Shown: positions 27,928 to 37,874, counted from the first letter of the stretch. The stretch is 64,000 bases of DNA from Planctomycetota bacterium (GCA_017303505.1 JAFLCP010000013.1:2446-66445), one strand, 5' to 3'. The notes: generated from the sequence alone by a model not told the origin. A program made the numbers and translations.

Positions 27928-28141
27928 TGCTTTGCCCTCATTTCTAGGTATTCAGCCTGCCACTCGGCACCTTCAAAAGGGGCAGATGAGCTGTTCGCAG
28001 CCTCGTTATCACGGATACTTGATTCAGCTCGACGCTAAGCAGACAACCACTATCGCAGATGTTATACTCTCCCCACAGCTGGGCGTCAGCCCTGGGGACG
28101 AGTTCGGACTAAAACCGCCCAGTTTTTTAGGAGACTGGATA

Positions 28142-28369
28142 ATGACCAAGACTAAAGACGATTTCGGCGTCCGTGTTAAGGAACTGCGTGAACAGCTGCA
28201 CCTCACCCAAGAAGCGATGGCAGAGACCTTGGGCGTAAGCTTCGCGACTGTGAATCGATGGGAAAACGGATGGACAGCCCCCTCAAAACTAGCCCAGCGT
28301 CAGATCGACTTTTTGTGCAAAGAGCACCACATAGCGGCAATTACAGATAACAAGGTCTACGCCAGATAA
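28142..28369 (+). CDS. XRE-family HTH transcriptional regulator (75 aa)
   Basis: TAGGAG RBS before the ATG at 28142. HTH VKELREQLHLTQEAMAETLGVSFATVNRWENGWTAPS. Divergent from operon B. The long track ORF starting at 27668 is antisense to the Dcd-like gene and is rejected. Confidence 0.8.
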   Translation: MTKTKDDFGVRVKELREQLHLTQEAMAETLGVSFATVNRWENGWTAPSKLAQRQIDFLCKEHHIAAITDNKVYAR

Positions 28370-28549
28370 ATTTTCCCCGCATAGTTATTTGGAGATGGCA
28401 ATGGATTCCAGCGGCCATCGAAGATGATGTCGGGCCGAATTAGTGTGTTTTATTGACGTCTATTGCGCAGTCTATCCCGCACGGCATACATAACCCGGGT
28501 GAGCTGAATCGTCGTCAGCTCGAACGTTGCCAACCCGGTGGGATATGTC

Positions 28550-28759
28550 ATGTCGAATCTATCGTTCTCGGATCTCTCCGTAAGCCAGCGTCGTGAGCGC
28601 ATCGCGGCTGTATTGGCTATTGGCCTTCAACGCGTACTCGATCAAAGAGCCCGAATCTCTGCCGACACTAGCGACTCAAGCCTTGAGGTTTCCTCGGACT
28701 TGAGGCTCTCTGTGTCTCAACCCGAAATCGGGGAACCAGACGACGCCGTCGAAACATGA
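28550..28759 (+). CDS. small hypothetical protein (recombinase-module accessory?)
   Basis: ATG at 28550 (the track uses GTG at 28538). It sits immediately upstream of the DUF2924 gene. No motif. Confidence 0.4.
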   Translation: MSNLSFSDLSVSQRRERIAAVLAIGLQRVLDQRARISADTSDSSLEVSSDLRLSVSQPEIGEPDDAVET

Positions 28760-28817
28760 TCGTCGTCGCCTAGCAAGAGTGAGTACGCAGAGACACCACA
28801 AACCAAGGGAGGTGCTT

Positions 28818-29300
28818 ATGGACTCGGTAACAGCAGCCGAGATTGCCAAGCTGGACACAATGACTGTTTCCAAACTGGTCGAGAAATTCGAATTGCTCGT
28901 CAGCGAGAAATGCTGGAGCAGAAACAAACGATACCTCGTTCGGCGAATCGCCTGGCGACTTCAGGCCAACGCCGAAGGTGGCCTATCGGAACGGGCGTTG
29001 AAGCGTGCGGCCGAGTTGACACTCGACTCAGAGGTCCGAGTCACACCTCCACGCGAACACAAACGGTCGCGGGTTGTCGTGGCGACCGTTGAATCGAAAC
29101 CAGTTCGTGACCTTCGCTTGCCGCCCAACGGCACGATGCTTCATCGCGATTACAAGAGCCGGCCGATCCGAGTACTTGTCCTGGAAGATGGATTTGAATA
29201 CGAGGGGCAGCACTTCAATTCACTCACCGCGGTCGCCAACACGATCACGGGCTCCCACGTCAACGGATTTCAGTTCTTTCGATTGAGGAGTACCCAATGA
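28818..29300 (+). CDS. DUF2924-domain protein (typical partner of large serine recombinases)
   Basis: AAGGGAGG RBS before the ATG at 28818. Blocks RRIAWRLQANAEGGLSERALKRAAEL and LPPNGTMLHRDYKSRPIRVLVLEDGFEYEGQHFNSLTAVANTITGSHVNGFQFFRL match the DUF2924 pattern. Confidence 0.8.
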   Translation: MDSVTAAEIAKLDTMTVSKLVEKFELLVSEKCWSRNKRYLVRRIAWRLQANAEGGLSERALKRAAELTLDSEVRVTPPREHKRSRVVVATVESKPVRDLRLPPNGTMLHRDYKSRPIRVLVLEDGFEYEGQHFNSLTAVANTITGSHVNGFQFFRLRSTQ

Positions 29301-29380
29301 ACACACAACTCAAAAGCACGGGGCCAAAGAACCGCTGTGCCATCTACATACGGATGTCTGCGAAGAGGGACTCGAACTAG
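29297..29380 (+). pseudogene. truncated serine recombinase (first 27 codons only)
   Basis: ATGA overlap with the DUF2924 stop. MNTQLKSTGPKNRCAIYIRMSAKRDSN* contains the N-terminal RCAIY(T/I)R(V/M)S catalytic-Ser block, then TAG at 29378. No recombinase domain follows. Confidence 0.55.
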
Positions 29381-29993
29381 TATTCCACTCAAAGCACGCC
29401 TAGCTTGAATCGGCCGACGTGTTTGTTGGCTACGTCAGCCAGCGACGCTTCTCGCAACACCTCAGCCAAACGATGCTAACCCCAAAATGAGAATCCGAAT
29501 CCCTGCGATTTCAACTTAGACGAACGAGCAACTCATCGGGAATCGCTGTAAAGCACCTTTTAAAGTGGCCCCAGTCCCAAAGAACTCATGATTGATATGC
29601 TGCCCAGCACTCACTTTCGCCCCTATTCGAAAAACTCTTCTCTCCAAATTTCCTTCTCTAGTCCTAAATACGGGATAGGATTCCATCAGCAAAGCAGGTA
29701 ATGCTTTACACATGCCGACCGGTTACGCGAATACATAAACTTAGCCGTACAGATGAAGTCATCAGATGAGTGAATCCCGTTAGCACGATCACCTGTTCGA
29801 ACTTTCTATGAAGACAGGTACCAACCTTGTACCTATCACGGTATTAGCATCGTCCCCATTATTTTGAACGGAATAACGACACTTCGTAAATGACGATATG
29901 CACTTTTGCCATTCCATCGTCTTGCCTGTTGCACTTGCGAGACACATTCTTCCTCAAGCCAACGGCAAAGTCACTCAGTGGAGAGGGTAGCCG

Positions 29994-31640
29994 CTACTTG
30001 TCCGTTGGTGCCTCAAATAAACCCTCTTTGAACTCAGGATCGAATATCATGTCGAATTGAGTCGTAGTCGTGATTTGGCTATACGATTTCGTATCTTGAG
30101 AAATGACGGGCATGTTCATTTCAATCGATCGCGCCACCCAGGTTCCATTGGTGGCATCTCGAAAGTCTTTCATCACGACTGTTTGCCGCAAATCGGTCGA
30201 CTCGGGCTCTGCTTGCTGGTTAGCGGAAACAGTGAACAATTCGGCTTTGACGACAGCGTGACCTTTCTTGGGATCGATGAAATACCATTCATGCCCTACT
30301 TGAGGTGTCGCGGTTGCCAAGCGAGCGGAGCGCTTAATCACGACCAAACCAAGATTATCTTCCGGCGTTTCGTCAAAAGTGAACTCCCAGCCTGCCTTCC
30401 GTGACAAATCGGGATAAAGCAACGAGGGAAACTTGATGTTGCCTGCGTCAGCCAAGTTGCCCAAGCCTTCACCCGACATAAGATCTGTCGGGGCAACGTG
30501 GCTTGAGCGCTCCCAGACTGCCTTAGTACTGCCAAGCGGGGATTGGTTGTGCCAAACCGTCTGGCCATCACAAATATATAGTGGCACCCGTTCCGTTTTC
30601 CCCAGTTGTTCCTCAAACCACTGAGACCGATTAGCGCTTTCCTCGAGAGGCGTAGATGGCCAGGCTCCTCCTGAATTCATCAGGTAACAGAGATCAACTC
30701 GCCAGCACTTGCCTCGTCGCCATATGGCATGACCCAAAAAGGCCTGAGTTGTCGACACCAACATCTGAAAATCGCCAATTCTAGCGCGACTGGCAGCCAT
30801 AGCATCAATAATACGTTGGGCGTTGTCGCTTGGTCTTAGGTCGACAATAGGCAATTCCCGTTTGACGCCCATCTCATAAATGTCACTTGGTCCCGACGCT
30901 GGGTAGTCAAATTCGTATACGATTGGCTTAACGAGATCTTTTGCCGAACGCAGTTCCATTCGGACGGGAAGACGAGTCTCTGGATCAACGCGTAGGATCG
31001 CAATACTGTGCTCCCCTCGCCATAGCTTCATCTCAAACTCAATCCATTCACGTCCGTTGTCACGGATTCGGCGTTGCTCTTGATGAACCACCTTCTCGGT
31101 ATTAAACAGCCAGGAGATCGATGGCGATTCTTCAGTCAGGGTCTGTGTAGGAAATGCGCCTGATTTATCTTCCTCACTGAAAGGAAGTATGTTGATGGCA
31201 TCTTCGCTCTCGCTGAGCTCATACCTTGCTCGCTGTTGGCCATCATAAAAGCATCGGGAAGAACCGAACCGATAGGCCCAGAGGTTTTGATCCAGTGATA
31301 CCCACATGTGCCCTTGCTCACCATTTGGAAACTGAGCTTGCGCGTGAAGCCACTTTTGTTGACGAACGGCTTCGATGACCTGGGTGTACGCAAGCGTTGC
31401 CGTCGACGTGGATAAAATACTCCACAAGAGAGTCGCAACTGTTGCAACCAATGACGAGGAGATTGCTAGTCTACGATATTGCTTGTGGTTACCATACATT
31501 GACAAATTTTGACCCGAGTTCTGAATGGATGGAAGTTCCGCTTCCAATTGCCGCTGGACATGTTCAACTAAAGTTGGCCGACTTTGCAACTGCTGCCCCA
31601 ATCTATTGAGTCGATCTTCAATATGATTATTTAGATTCAT
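29994..31640 (-). CDS. membrane-anchored protein, candidate anti-sigma factor/sensor for the upstream ECF sigma
   Basis: 14-nt overlap with the sigma gene. Short cytoplasmic N-terminus, a single TM (LAISSSLVATVATLLWSILS) and a ~460-aa extracytoplasmic domain. No ZAS motif. Confidence 0.6.
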   Translation of the reverse strand: MNLNNHIEDRLNRLGQQLQSRPTLVEHVQRQLEAELPSIQNSGQNLSMYGNHKQYRRLAISSSLVATVATLLWSILSTSTATLAYTQVIEAVRQQKWLHAQAQFPNGEQGHMWVSLDQNLWAYRFGSSRCFYDGQQRARYELSESEDAINILPFSEEDKSGAFPTQTLTEESPSISWLFNTEKVVHQEQRRIRDNGREWIEFEMKLWRGEHSIAILRVDPETRLPVRMELRSAKDLVKPIVYEFDYPASGPSDIYEMGVKRELPIVDLRPSDNAQRIIDAMAASRARIGDFQMLVSTTQAFLGHAIWRRGKCWRVDLCYLMNSGGAWPSTPLEESANRSQWFEEQLGKTERVPLYICDGQTVWHNQSPLGSTKAVWERSSHVAPTDLMSGEGLGNLADAGNIKFPSLLYPDLSRKAGWEFTFDETPEDNLGLVVIKRSARLATATPQVGHEWYFIDPKKGHAVVKAELFTVSANQQAEPESTDLRQTVVMKDFRDATNGTWVARSIEMNMPVISQDTKSYSQITTTTQFDMIFDPEFKEGLFEAPTDK

Positions 31641-32181
31641 GTTTGTACTCCATATGAACCTTTTTCTCTAAGGTCTTGATTGCACGGGAAAGCTGTTTTG
31701 TGATACTGCCCACGGGACGTCCTAAGATCTGCGCAATTGCTGCAAAGTCATGTCCATCGAAATAGCGTAAACCGATGAGCAATTGATCTGCTTCGGACAA
31801 GTTTTGAACGAGTTCATGAATGAACTCCCGGTCGATCCAGTCGCTTACGTCCTTGTTCTCGACGACAAGCAGTGGAGTCGATTTCTCAGCGAAATCCGTT
31901 GAAGTAACGGGAAGCTGCTGTCGCTTCATCTCGATCGCTTTGCGTCGAACGGTCGTGAGCAACCAACTCCCAAATTTCGCATCATCTTCGAGCGTATGAA
32001 GTTTTCGAAAAGCGATCAGCATCGAGCTCTGTACGGCATCCTCAGCAGAGTGCCATTCCGCGAGGATCGAAAGAGCTATCGCAATGGCAGTGCGTTCATA
32101 ACGCTGACACAATTTACCGAAAGCGTTAATGCCGCCCTTTTTGGATTGCCTTACAAGTTCACTATCCGATTCAATTTCCAT
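31627..32181 (-). CDS. ECF (sigma-70 family, group IV) RNA polymerase sigma factor
   Basis: Region 2 AEDAVQSSMLIAFRKLHTLEDDAKFGSWLLTTVRRKAIEMKR and region 4 HTH FDGHDFAAIAQILGRPVGSITKQLSRAIKTLEKK. The ATG at 32181 is preferred over TTG at 32199. Confidence 0.9.
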   Translation of the reverse strand: MEIESDSELVRQSKKGGINAFGKLCQRYERTAIAIALSILAEWHSAEDAVQSSMLIAFRKLHTLEDDAKFGSWLLTTVRRKAIEMKRQQLPVTSTDFAEKSTPLLVVENKDVSDWIDREFIHELVQNLSEADQLLIGLRYFDGHDFAAIAQILGRPVGSITKQLSRAIKTLEKKVHMEYKHESK

Positions 32182-32926
32182 TTCGTTGTCCAGTTCCAAG
32201 ATCAGGACTGCCGTTTCTCGAAAGGCTGCATCTGTCTAACAAGATGCGCCGAATTGGTGATTTGCGGCCAAATTTCAAAAAAAGGAATTGAATGAGCTTA
32301 CTTAGGGGGCACCCAAGCAACCGGTATTCCACCGAAATCGTAGGTTTTGGCTCTGTTTGGTTAGATGATTACGCCAGCTAGTCTACAACGATGTCGATTA
32401 TGTCGTAAGAACTGGAAAGCTGCTGCCAAAAGAACTCGCCGAAGCATTGGGGGTGTGGGGCCCTGCTGACAAATACGGGTTACGCGTTAACTGGGATTTG
32501 CAGCCTCGCCACGATCTCCAAGTCGAGTGGGCGAACCGTTCACCTCGTGGGGCAAGGAAGTCAACGGCTTGCACTCCTGCAACACATCGGCTTCTTTCGT
32601 GCTCGCCGTACCTTTTCTGGATCACCAACAGCCTATACATATTCACAATCCAGTGACAACTCTCACCAAAGCAGCCCTCTCAGGAGGCTATCCAGACACA
32701 AAATATCATTAAGTCACCCCCTTATCACAACCTCCGGGTGATTGATTTTCTATCATGAGCCCCTTGTGTCATTCCAGTTCTATTTCGCTGCTGTGTCTCA
32801 ATACGAGGCCCATAGTTGCGAGACGTTTGCACTACTTATGCTTCACTTCTTTCTTAAAAGCGTTTTGAGAGGGCCGCAACTTTCTCCGCCGCACCTAGCC
32901 TCCGCTGCGGTTGAAACGACGCCCAG

Positions 32927-35032
32927 CTACTTCGCCGATTCGGATTCGACGCGTAGTTCTTGTTCTACGATTCTGGGAGTCAAGGCAACAATGATTGTCG
33001 TTTCTGCGTCGGCACCTGGGGCATTGTCGAACACTCGTGGAATTGCCACGACAATCGATTCACCCGCCGCAAGCTTTGCCGATGAACTCACCTCATACTG
33101 TTCGATTGCGGGCACTTGTACCGTAAGTTGCGGCGCCACTTCGGTCGCAGACTTGATCGGTAAGTTTGCATAAGAGACCTTACCAACACTGGATACTTTA
33201 ACCTCGAAGTCCAAAGTGATGCTGTCGTCTTCGCTACTTTTCGGCGTGAGGACAAAGGTCAACCCTTCGTTCGCAATAGACACTATCGGCTGTATCCTGC
33301 CATCGGCTTTCGGATTAACCCCGGTCACAAATGGACGCTTCACTTCATCCGCGATCACTCCCATTTGACCATCGAAAAGTACTACCCTAGGTGCAAACAT
33401 AATATTTCCTCGAGGGTCCGACGATACAGTCTTAACTAGTTGGTTTAACTTAGGTTGGTCAATGCGTGCGGCAATCGCTGGTCCTATCCCTTTGATGGTC
33501 AGCCCATCAATTCTGCTTCCTATCCAGTCGATTGAGCTGGCCGTCAGCGTATCGGTTTGAATGAATCTAGCTTCAATCATAATTTGCTTAGGTTCGCCGT
33601 TCTTCCAAATCTCTAGTCTCTGCCCCAGTAAGAGGTGCTGGCGTGGAGTCAGTTCTGCCGAAAGCGACATGCCTTCCAAATGCAACTTCGCTTTTAGTGA
33701 CGAAGGCAAGCCCAGCCAAGACACCAACTTTTCTACGCCTGAATTTTGGCTTCCTGATATGGATTCCGGCATCGTTTCGAAAATGGAAGCGACATGATAG
33801 CGCTCAACGAATGCTGGACCGTCAGTTTCTTGCACACTCCATGCTTCATTCCACATCGGCTCCACATGCTGCTCGACGGAATCGCCAGCCACAAGGTGCA
33901 TTGCAGGCATCTTTTGCCCCGAAGCATCTCGTGCGTCTGTCAGGCCCGCGCCAGCGATTACTGTTACAACTGCCGCAGACAAGATTTTGGCGGTCAGACT
34001 AGTGGGTTTTCGATCTTGTACCAACAACTCGATTCGGCGTTTGAGGTCCTTACCAGAGGCAATAGAAATGAGGCCAAGCGTTGGACCATTCTTCCGCTTG
34101 TCGCGGACTTCAGCAAATCCTAGCAAGAGCTCTCCATAGGCCACAGTGTCACCTGGCGATACGTTCTGCAATGCCAACCGATCAGCGGCTGCTTCCATGG
34201 CAGTTCGTAGGCGTTTTTCGATCAACCAAACAACAGGGTTGAACCAATGGAGTGCACCAGCAATCGAAGCGATGATCGCAACGTGAATATCGTATCGTCT
34301 AACATGCGCCAACTCGTGTCGAATAACCCACCGCAGTTCTCGTTCGCTTAATCTCTCGATAAGGCCTGGCGGAAAACAAATCGTGTGTCGAAATAGACCA
34401 AACACAGCAGGTGCTTCGAGCGAAGCCACTTCACGTACCACAGGCCGACGCCCAACCGCTAGAGAATCGCATTCGCGAAGCAACAGATCGATGAGCTTCT
34501 GGTCATCGAGCACCGGGCAAGAGCGGAGCTTTAGCGCAAAGCGAATATGCGATACGACACTACGAATAAGCAGCGCTGTCGACACGAATATCACAACGCA
34601 TAGAGAGGCGAACAAAATCGCTTCCCAAGCATCGCTAAATGAGATAAAAGGTTGAGCCTGAGCCTGAATGGGAACCCATTGTGTCTCAGCAGCATCGGTA
34701 CTTGGTAAAACTCCATAGGAATTGCTGTACGAGTGCTCGCGAACTTCTCCGTTCCGCCGTTGGTTGACCGCCCCATCAGACTCGCTTAAAAGCCAACTGT
34801 CGATGGGCTTATGGAAGCTGAGCGGGCTACCAAGCGAAACAGGAATGAGCAGCCTGATAACAACAATCGTCAGTAGCATGGCATGTAGTGAAGGACTTAA
34901 CTTTCGGCGAAACGCCAATGTGATCGCTGTCACCAAAATCAAAATGGGTAGTGCTCTCCAGGTCGCCAGCGTAAGTAACCAAAACCAAGTTGTCGCCAAC
35001 TCAAACAATCGATCCATCCAATCAAAATTCAT
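32927..35032 (-). CDS. BlaR1/MecR1-like M56 metallopeptidase sensor fused to a C-terminal secretin-like domain
   Basis: Four N-terminal TM segments, Zn motif RHELAHVRRYD, and a C-terminal IEARFIQTD...PRVVLFDGQMGVIAD...GLTFVLTP pattern resembling GspD/PilQ secretin domains. ATGA overlap with blaI-like gene. Confidence 0.8.
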   Translation of the reverse strand: MNFDWMDRLFELATTWFWLLTLATWRALPILILVTAITLAFRRKLSPSLHAMLLTIVVIRLLIPVSLGSPLSFHKPIDSWLLSESDGAVNQRRNGEVREHSYSNSYGVLPSTDAAETQWVPIQAQAQPFISFSDAWEAILFASLCVVIFVSTALLIRSVVSHIRFALKLRSCPVLDDQKLIDLLLRECDSLAVGRRPVVREVASLEAPAVFGLFRHTICFPPGLIERLSERELRWVIRHELAHVRRYDIHVAIIASIAGALHWFNPVVWLIEKRLRTAMEAAADRLALQNVSPGDTVAYGELLLGFAEVRDKRKNGPTLGLISIASGKDLKRRIELLVQDRKPTSLTAKILSAAVVTVIAGAGLTDARDASGQKMPAMHLVAGDSVEQHVEPMWNEAWSVQETDGPAFVERYHVASIFETMPESISGSQNSGVEKLVSWLGLPSSLKAKLHLEGMSLSAELTPRQHLLLGQRLEIWKNGEPKQIMIEARFIQTDTLTASSIDWIGSRIDGLTIKGIGPAIAARIDQPKLNQLVKTVSSDPRGNIMFAPRVVLFDGQMGVIADEVKRPFVTGVNPKADGRIQPIVSIANEGLTFVLTPKSSEDDSITLDFEVKVSSVGKVSYANLPIKSATEVAPQLTVQVPAIEQYEVSSSAKLAAGESIVVAIPRVFDNAPGADAETTIIVALTPRIVEQELRVESESAK

Positions 35033-35412
35033 CCCTGATCTCCTTCGTTTCGGTTCGCCTTCTTGTTCAGTAGTGCTCGAATCTCTTCCACATCCTTTGC
35101 GGTCAACTTGGCCGTTTTCACAAAGTGGATTAGGGCCGGTGTCGCATCACCTCCGAAGACGCGTTCGATGAATGAGCGACTCGCTTCGCGTACGCAAGCT
35201 TCCCTGCGAACCGCTGGTGTGTACAGATATTTCTTCCCATTCTGCTCCGTTGCCAGTGCTCCTTTTCGAACCAGTCGATGTAGCATTGTCTTAACGGTGG
35301 CCGGGCTCCAACCATTGACTGCTGCGATCTGATCGACTACTTCCGCCGCCTCAATCGGCGAGGAACTCCAGATCAAGTTCATGACAATCCATTCAGCGTC
35401 CGAGATTTGCAT
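35029..35412 (-). CDS. BlaI/MecI/CopY-family winged-helix transcriptional repressor
   Basis: MQISDAEWIVMNLIWSSSPIEAAEVVDQIAAVNGWSPATVKTMLHRLVRKGAL is a typical BlaI N-terminal wHTH. Confidence 0.9.
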   Translation of the reverse strand: MQISDAEWIVMNLIWSSSPIEAAEVVDQIAAVNGWSPATVKTMLHRLVRKGALATEQNGKKYLYTPAVRREACVREASRSFIERVFGGDATPALIHFVKTAKLTAKDVEEIRALLNKKANRNEGDQG

Positions 35413-35441
35413 GCGAACCTCCTTACATCGCGCTCACCTAC

Positions 35442-35483
35442 GATTACATGCGTAAACGTGACGGAAAGATTACACCTGTAATC
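35442..35483. promoter_or_regulatory. putative BlaI operator pair (TACA/TGTA palindromes)
   Basis: Perfect palindrome GATTACAccTGTAATC at 35468-35483 and a weaker TTACatgcGTAA site at 35445-35456. They lie 30-70 bp upstream of the blaI-like start. Confidence 0.5.
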
Positions 35484-35982
35484 GATCTTCCGTCAAGACC
35501 GGTTGCCGGCTTGGTTACGGCTACACCTAAGCCGAGCAACCAGCAAGCGCGTCGAACGTGTCCGCTGTAACACCGATTGACACGACGATGCACTGCGACG
35601 ACGGGGCATTTAATGAGTCCAAGTACGATCGCAAAACTAACAGACTTGTGGAATTTGCCAGCGGTCAATTTGCTGCTGAGAATGAAAGGCCAATCGGCGG
35701 GAAACAGTGAGCTGGCAACGGTTTGTGTCAAATCGCAGTTCAGAAGATGTTGCCCGCGATCTCAGATTTCACCCACAAAAAACGTCCGAAAAACCCGATT
35801 TTCCCGAATATTCCAACTGCAACCCAACTAGTAGCGGCTCGTCCTCCGTTGAGAGGATGCGTGTGGGGGCAAATCATAAACTAGACTTTCGCGTCGCATT
35901 CTCACGCTGGATGGTTACAGTCGGCTGATTGGCTCGGTCGTCGCCTCGAGTTTGCGGCCAACCTCACTACGCTGGACTCGAT

Positions 35983-37731
35983 ATGCAGAAATTCAGCATC
36001 ATTGTTTTGATCATTACCGGCATCACTGCCGCCATGGTAATTTTATGCCCGATGCTGGTCGTACTCGGCTTTGTGGCACTCATCATTCCAGGATTGATGC
36101 TTCTCTCGACACCAACTCTGTTCGTTTACTTGGCCGCCACGATTGGATTCCAACTAGTTTTGCCGAAGAAGCTTGGATGGGGCGTGATACCGATCGCGAT
36201 CTTACTGGCCCTTGGAGTAAGTTGGCTGATCATGCAGCCCCAACGATCCGCAGCAATTTCTGAATTCCAGGCGGAGCTTCTTCCCGACATTCTGCCTGAT
36301 GAACCGGTCCGCTTAAACGGAAATGTGTACGTCGAGAATGGCGAACTCTATCGCGCTCCCGAATGCGACTACCTATGCGCGATGCTCTTAGATTTACCGG
36401 GCGTGAAAAGTGTCACGATCGAAAACACCAATTCGAAAATCGGCAGCATGACTCACTCGGTTGCTGCATTCGCCTTGGTCCGTCCTGGTGCTGACGCGGC
36501 TCCGGGAGTGTTGCCGTCGAACCCTGGTCAATTAGTTCGCAAGCATCGGGGGCCGGCTATTGGCCGAATTTTAAACGAAATGGGGTCGATCGAGGCTGAG
36601 AGAGCGCTCGATGCCCATTGGGCTCTTCGACTCGCCGGCGCGGAGCGAATTGATGTAGTTGAGCCAACCCCGTCCGAAAAAGCCGACTGGATCGTACGAC
36701 TCGTTTCGATCGATACCGAAAAGCATCCGCACATCAAACGAATCGAAATTGATCGTGCCGGAAGCGACGTTCAGTATCGCAAGAGCCATGTTAGCCACTT
36801 TGTTCCCAGCCGCTTTTTGTATTTTGGATTCAACGTCAAATTTGGTGCCGGTACGGTCTCCGACGCGTCGTTTGGTCTTGGCGGGAGCACTTGGAAGTCA
36901 CCGGGCGAGGATTTTGATTTGGAGCCAACATTGTTGGAAGCGATTGAGATACCACGTCTCGCCGATCTTGCCAACACCCGCGAGCGTTTACGCAGGGAAG
37001 TCCAACTTGCGATCGATGACCCCAACGCAACGCCTGCGAGGCTTGAACTGGCACGACGTTGGCTGGCGCTCTTTTTCGACAACGCGACCAAGGACGATTA
37101 CGCGTTAATCGCTCGCATCGTGGGCGACCGGCGGATCAAAGACCTCGCAGCTCCGCTCAGGTGTGTATTTCAGATGGGCAAGACGCCCGATGAACTCAGC
37201 ATAGCCTATGCGCAAAGGATCACGTTCGATGATTCAACGCATGAAGAGCGAGCAGAACTCGCGGCGGCGTTAGCCTCCATGTCGCCTGGCATCTTCGCAA
37301 ATCCCGATCCGGCGCACCTCGAAATCTGGACTCGTCCAGAACTCTATGAGCAGGCCGGGCCATTTCTTTCAAGGCTGGCTGATCTGGACGCGCAACGAGC
37401 GATTCCCATGCTTAACGAAGCATTGGATCACGCAATGACAAAAGAATACTGGAATGAACGACGCGGTATGATCGCGGGAATTCGGGAAGCCTACGCATCA
37501 CTTGGCCCGGCTGCAAAACAGGATGCCACAAAGATTAGCAGGCTGATATTACTGCGACCATCGCCCATTACATATGATTATGAAGATGCGCAAGCGTGGC
37601 GATTGACTTTGGCGCGAATGGGAGTGCCTATCGATGAATTGCCATTCTTTCCCCAATCAAGCCAGCAAGAGACCGACAGAATCAAGTCTGAAATTCATGA
37701 GCGACTGCAACGAGTTCAAGTAGGAATCTGA
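35983..37731 (+). CDS. multi-pass N-terminal membrane protein with large soluble domain, unknown function
   Basis: ATG at 35983 (MQKFSIIVLI...), while the track starts at TTG 35929. There are 3-4 N-terminal TM helices. No known motif. Confidence 0.6.
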   Translation: MQKFSIIVLIITGITAAMVILCPMLVVLGFVALIIPGLMLLSTPTLFVYLAATIGFQLVLPKKLGWGVIPIAILLALGVSWLIMQPQRSAAISEFQAELLPDILPDEPVRLNGNVYVENGELYRAPECDYLCAMLLDLPGVKSVTIENTNSKIGSMTHSVAAFALVRPGADAAPGVLPSNPGQLVRKHRGPAIGRILNEMGSIEAERALDAHWALRLAGAERIDVVEPTPSEKADWIVRLVSIDTEKHPHIKRIEIDRAGSDVQYRKSHVSHFVPSRFLYFGFNVKFGAGTVSDASFGLGGSTWKSPGEDFDLEPTLLEAIEIPRLADLANTRERLRREVQLAIDDPNATPARLELARRWLALFFDNATKDDYALIARIVGDRRIKDLAAPLRCVFQMGKTPDELSIAYAQRITFDDSTHEERAELAAALASMSPGIFANPDPAHLEIWTRPELYEQAGPFLSRLADLDAQRAIPMLNEALDHAMTKEYWNERRGMIAGIREAYASLGPAAKQDATKISRLILLRPSPITYDYEDAQAWRLTLARMGVPIDELPFFPQSSQQETDRIKSEIHERLQRVQVGI

Positions 37732-37874
37732 AGTTGATCGATCTGTGATCACGCCTTTTATGTCCAACACACACTACACTGTGCCGACATGCTAGAAGCC
37801 AAGTGCGGCGAATGTCGTGATCACAAGCAAGCCCAGCTGTGAAATTTCTTGGATACGCATCGATGACTCAGCTT

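Noticed and set aside
27668-28141. Long 233-aa plus-strand ORF containing the HTH.
   Set aside because: Its first ~90 codons are antisense to the Dcd-fold gene, and the following ~70 have no motif. A TAGGAG RBS precedes the ATG at 28142, giving a normal 75-aa XRE protein.
29381-29993. Possible tRNA or att site downstream of the recombinase stub (a GTTCGAA T-loop-like string occurs near 29795).
   Set aside because: No flanking acceptor or T-stem complementarity and no cloverleaf could be drawn. The 65-aa ORF at 29516-29713 has no support either.
32200-32926. 727-bp gene-free interval scanned for a riboswitch, sRNA or ECF promoter (GGAAC...CGT type) upstream of the sigma gene.
   Set aside because: Only short overlapping ORFs are present and no convincing conserved structure or promoter motif could be identified by eye. 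This needs covariance-model and promoter-motif searches.
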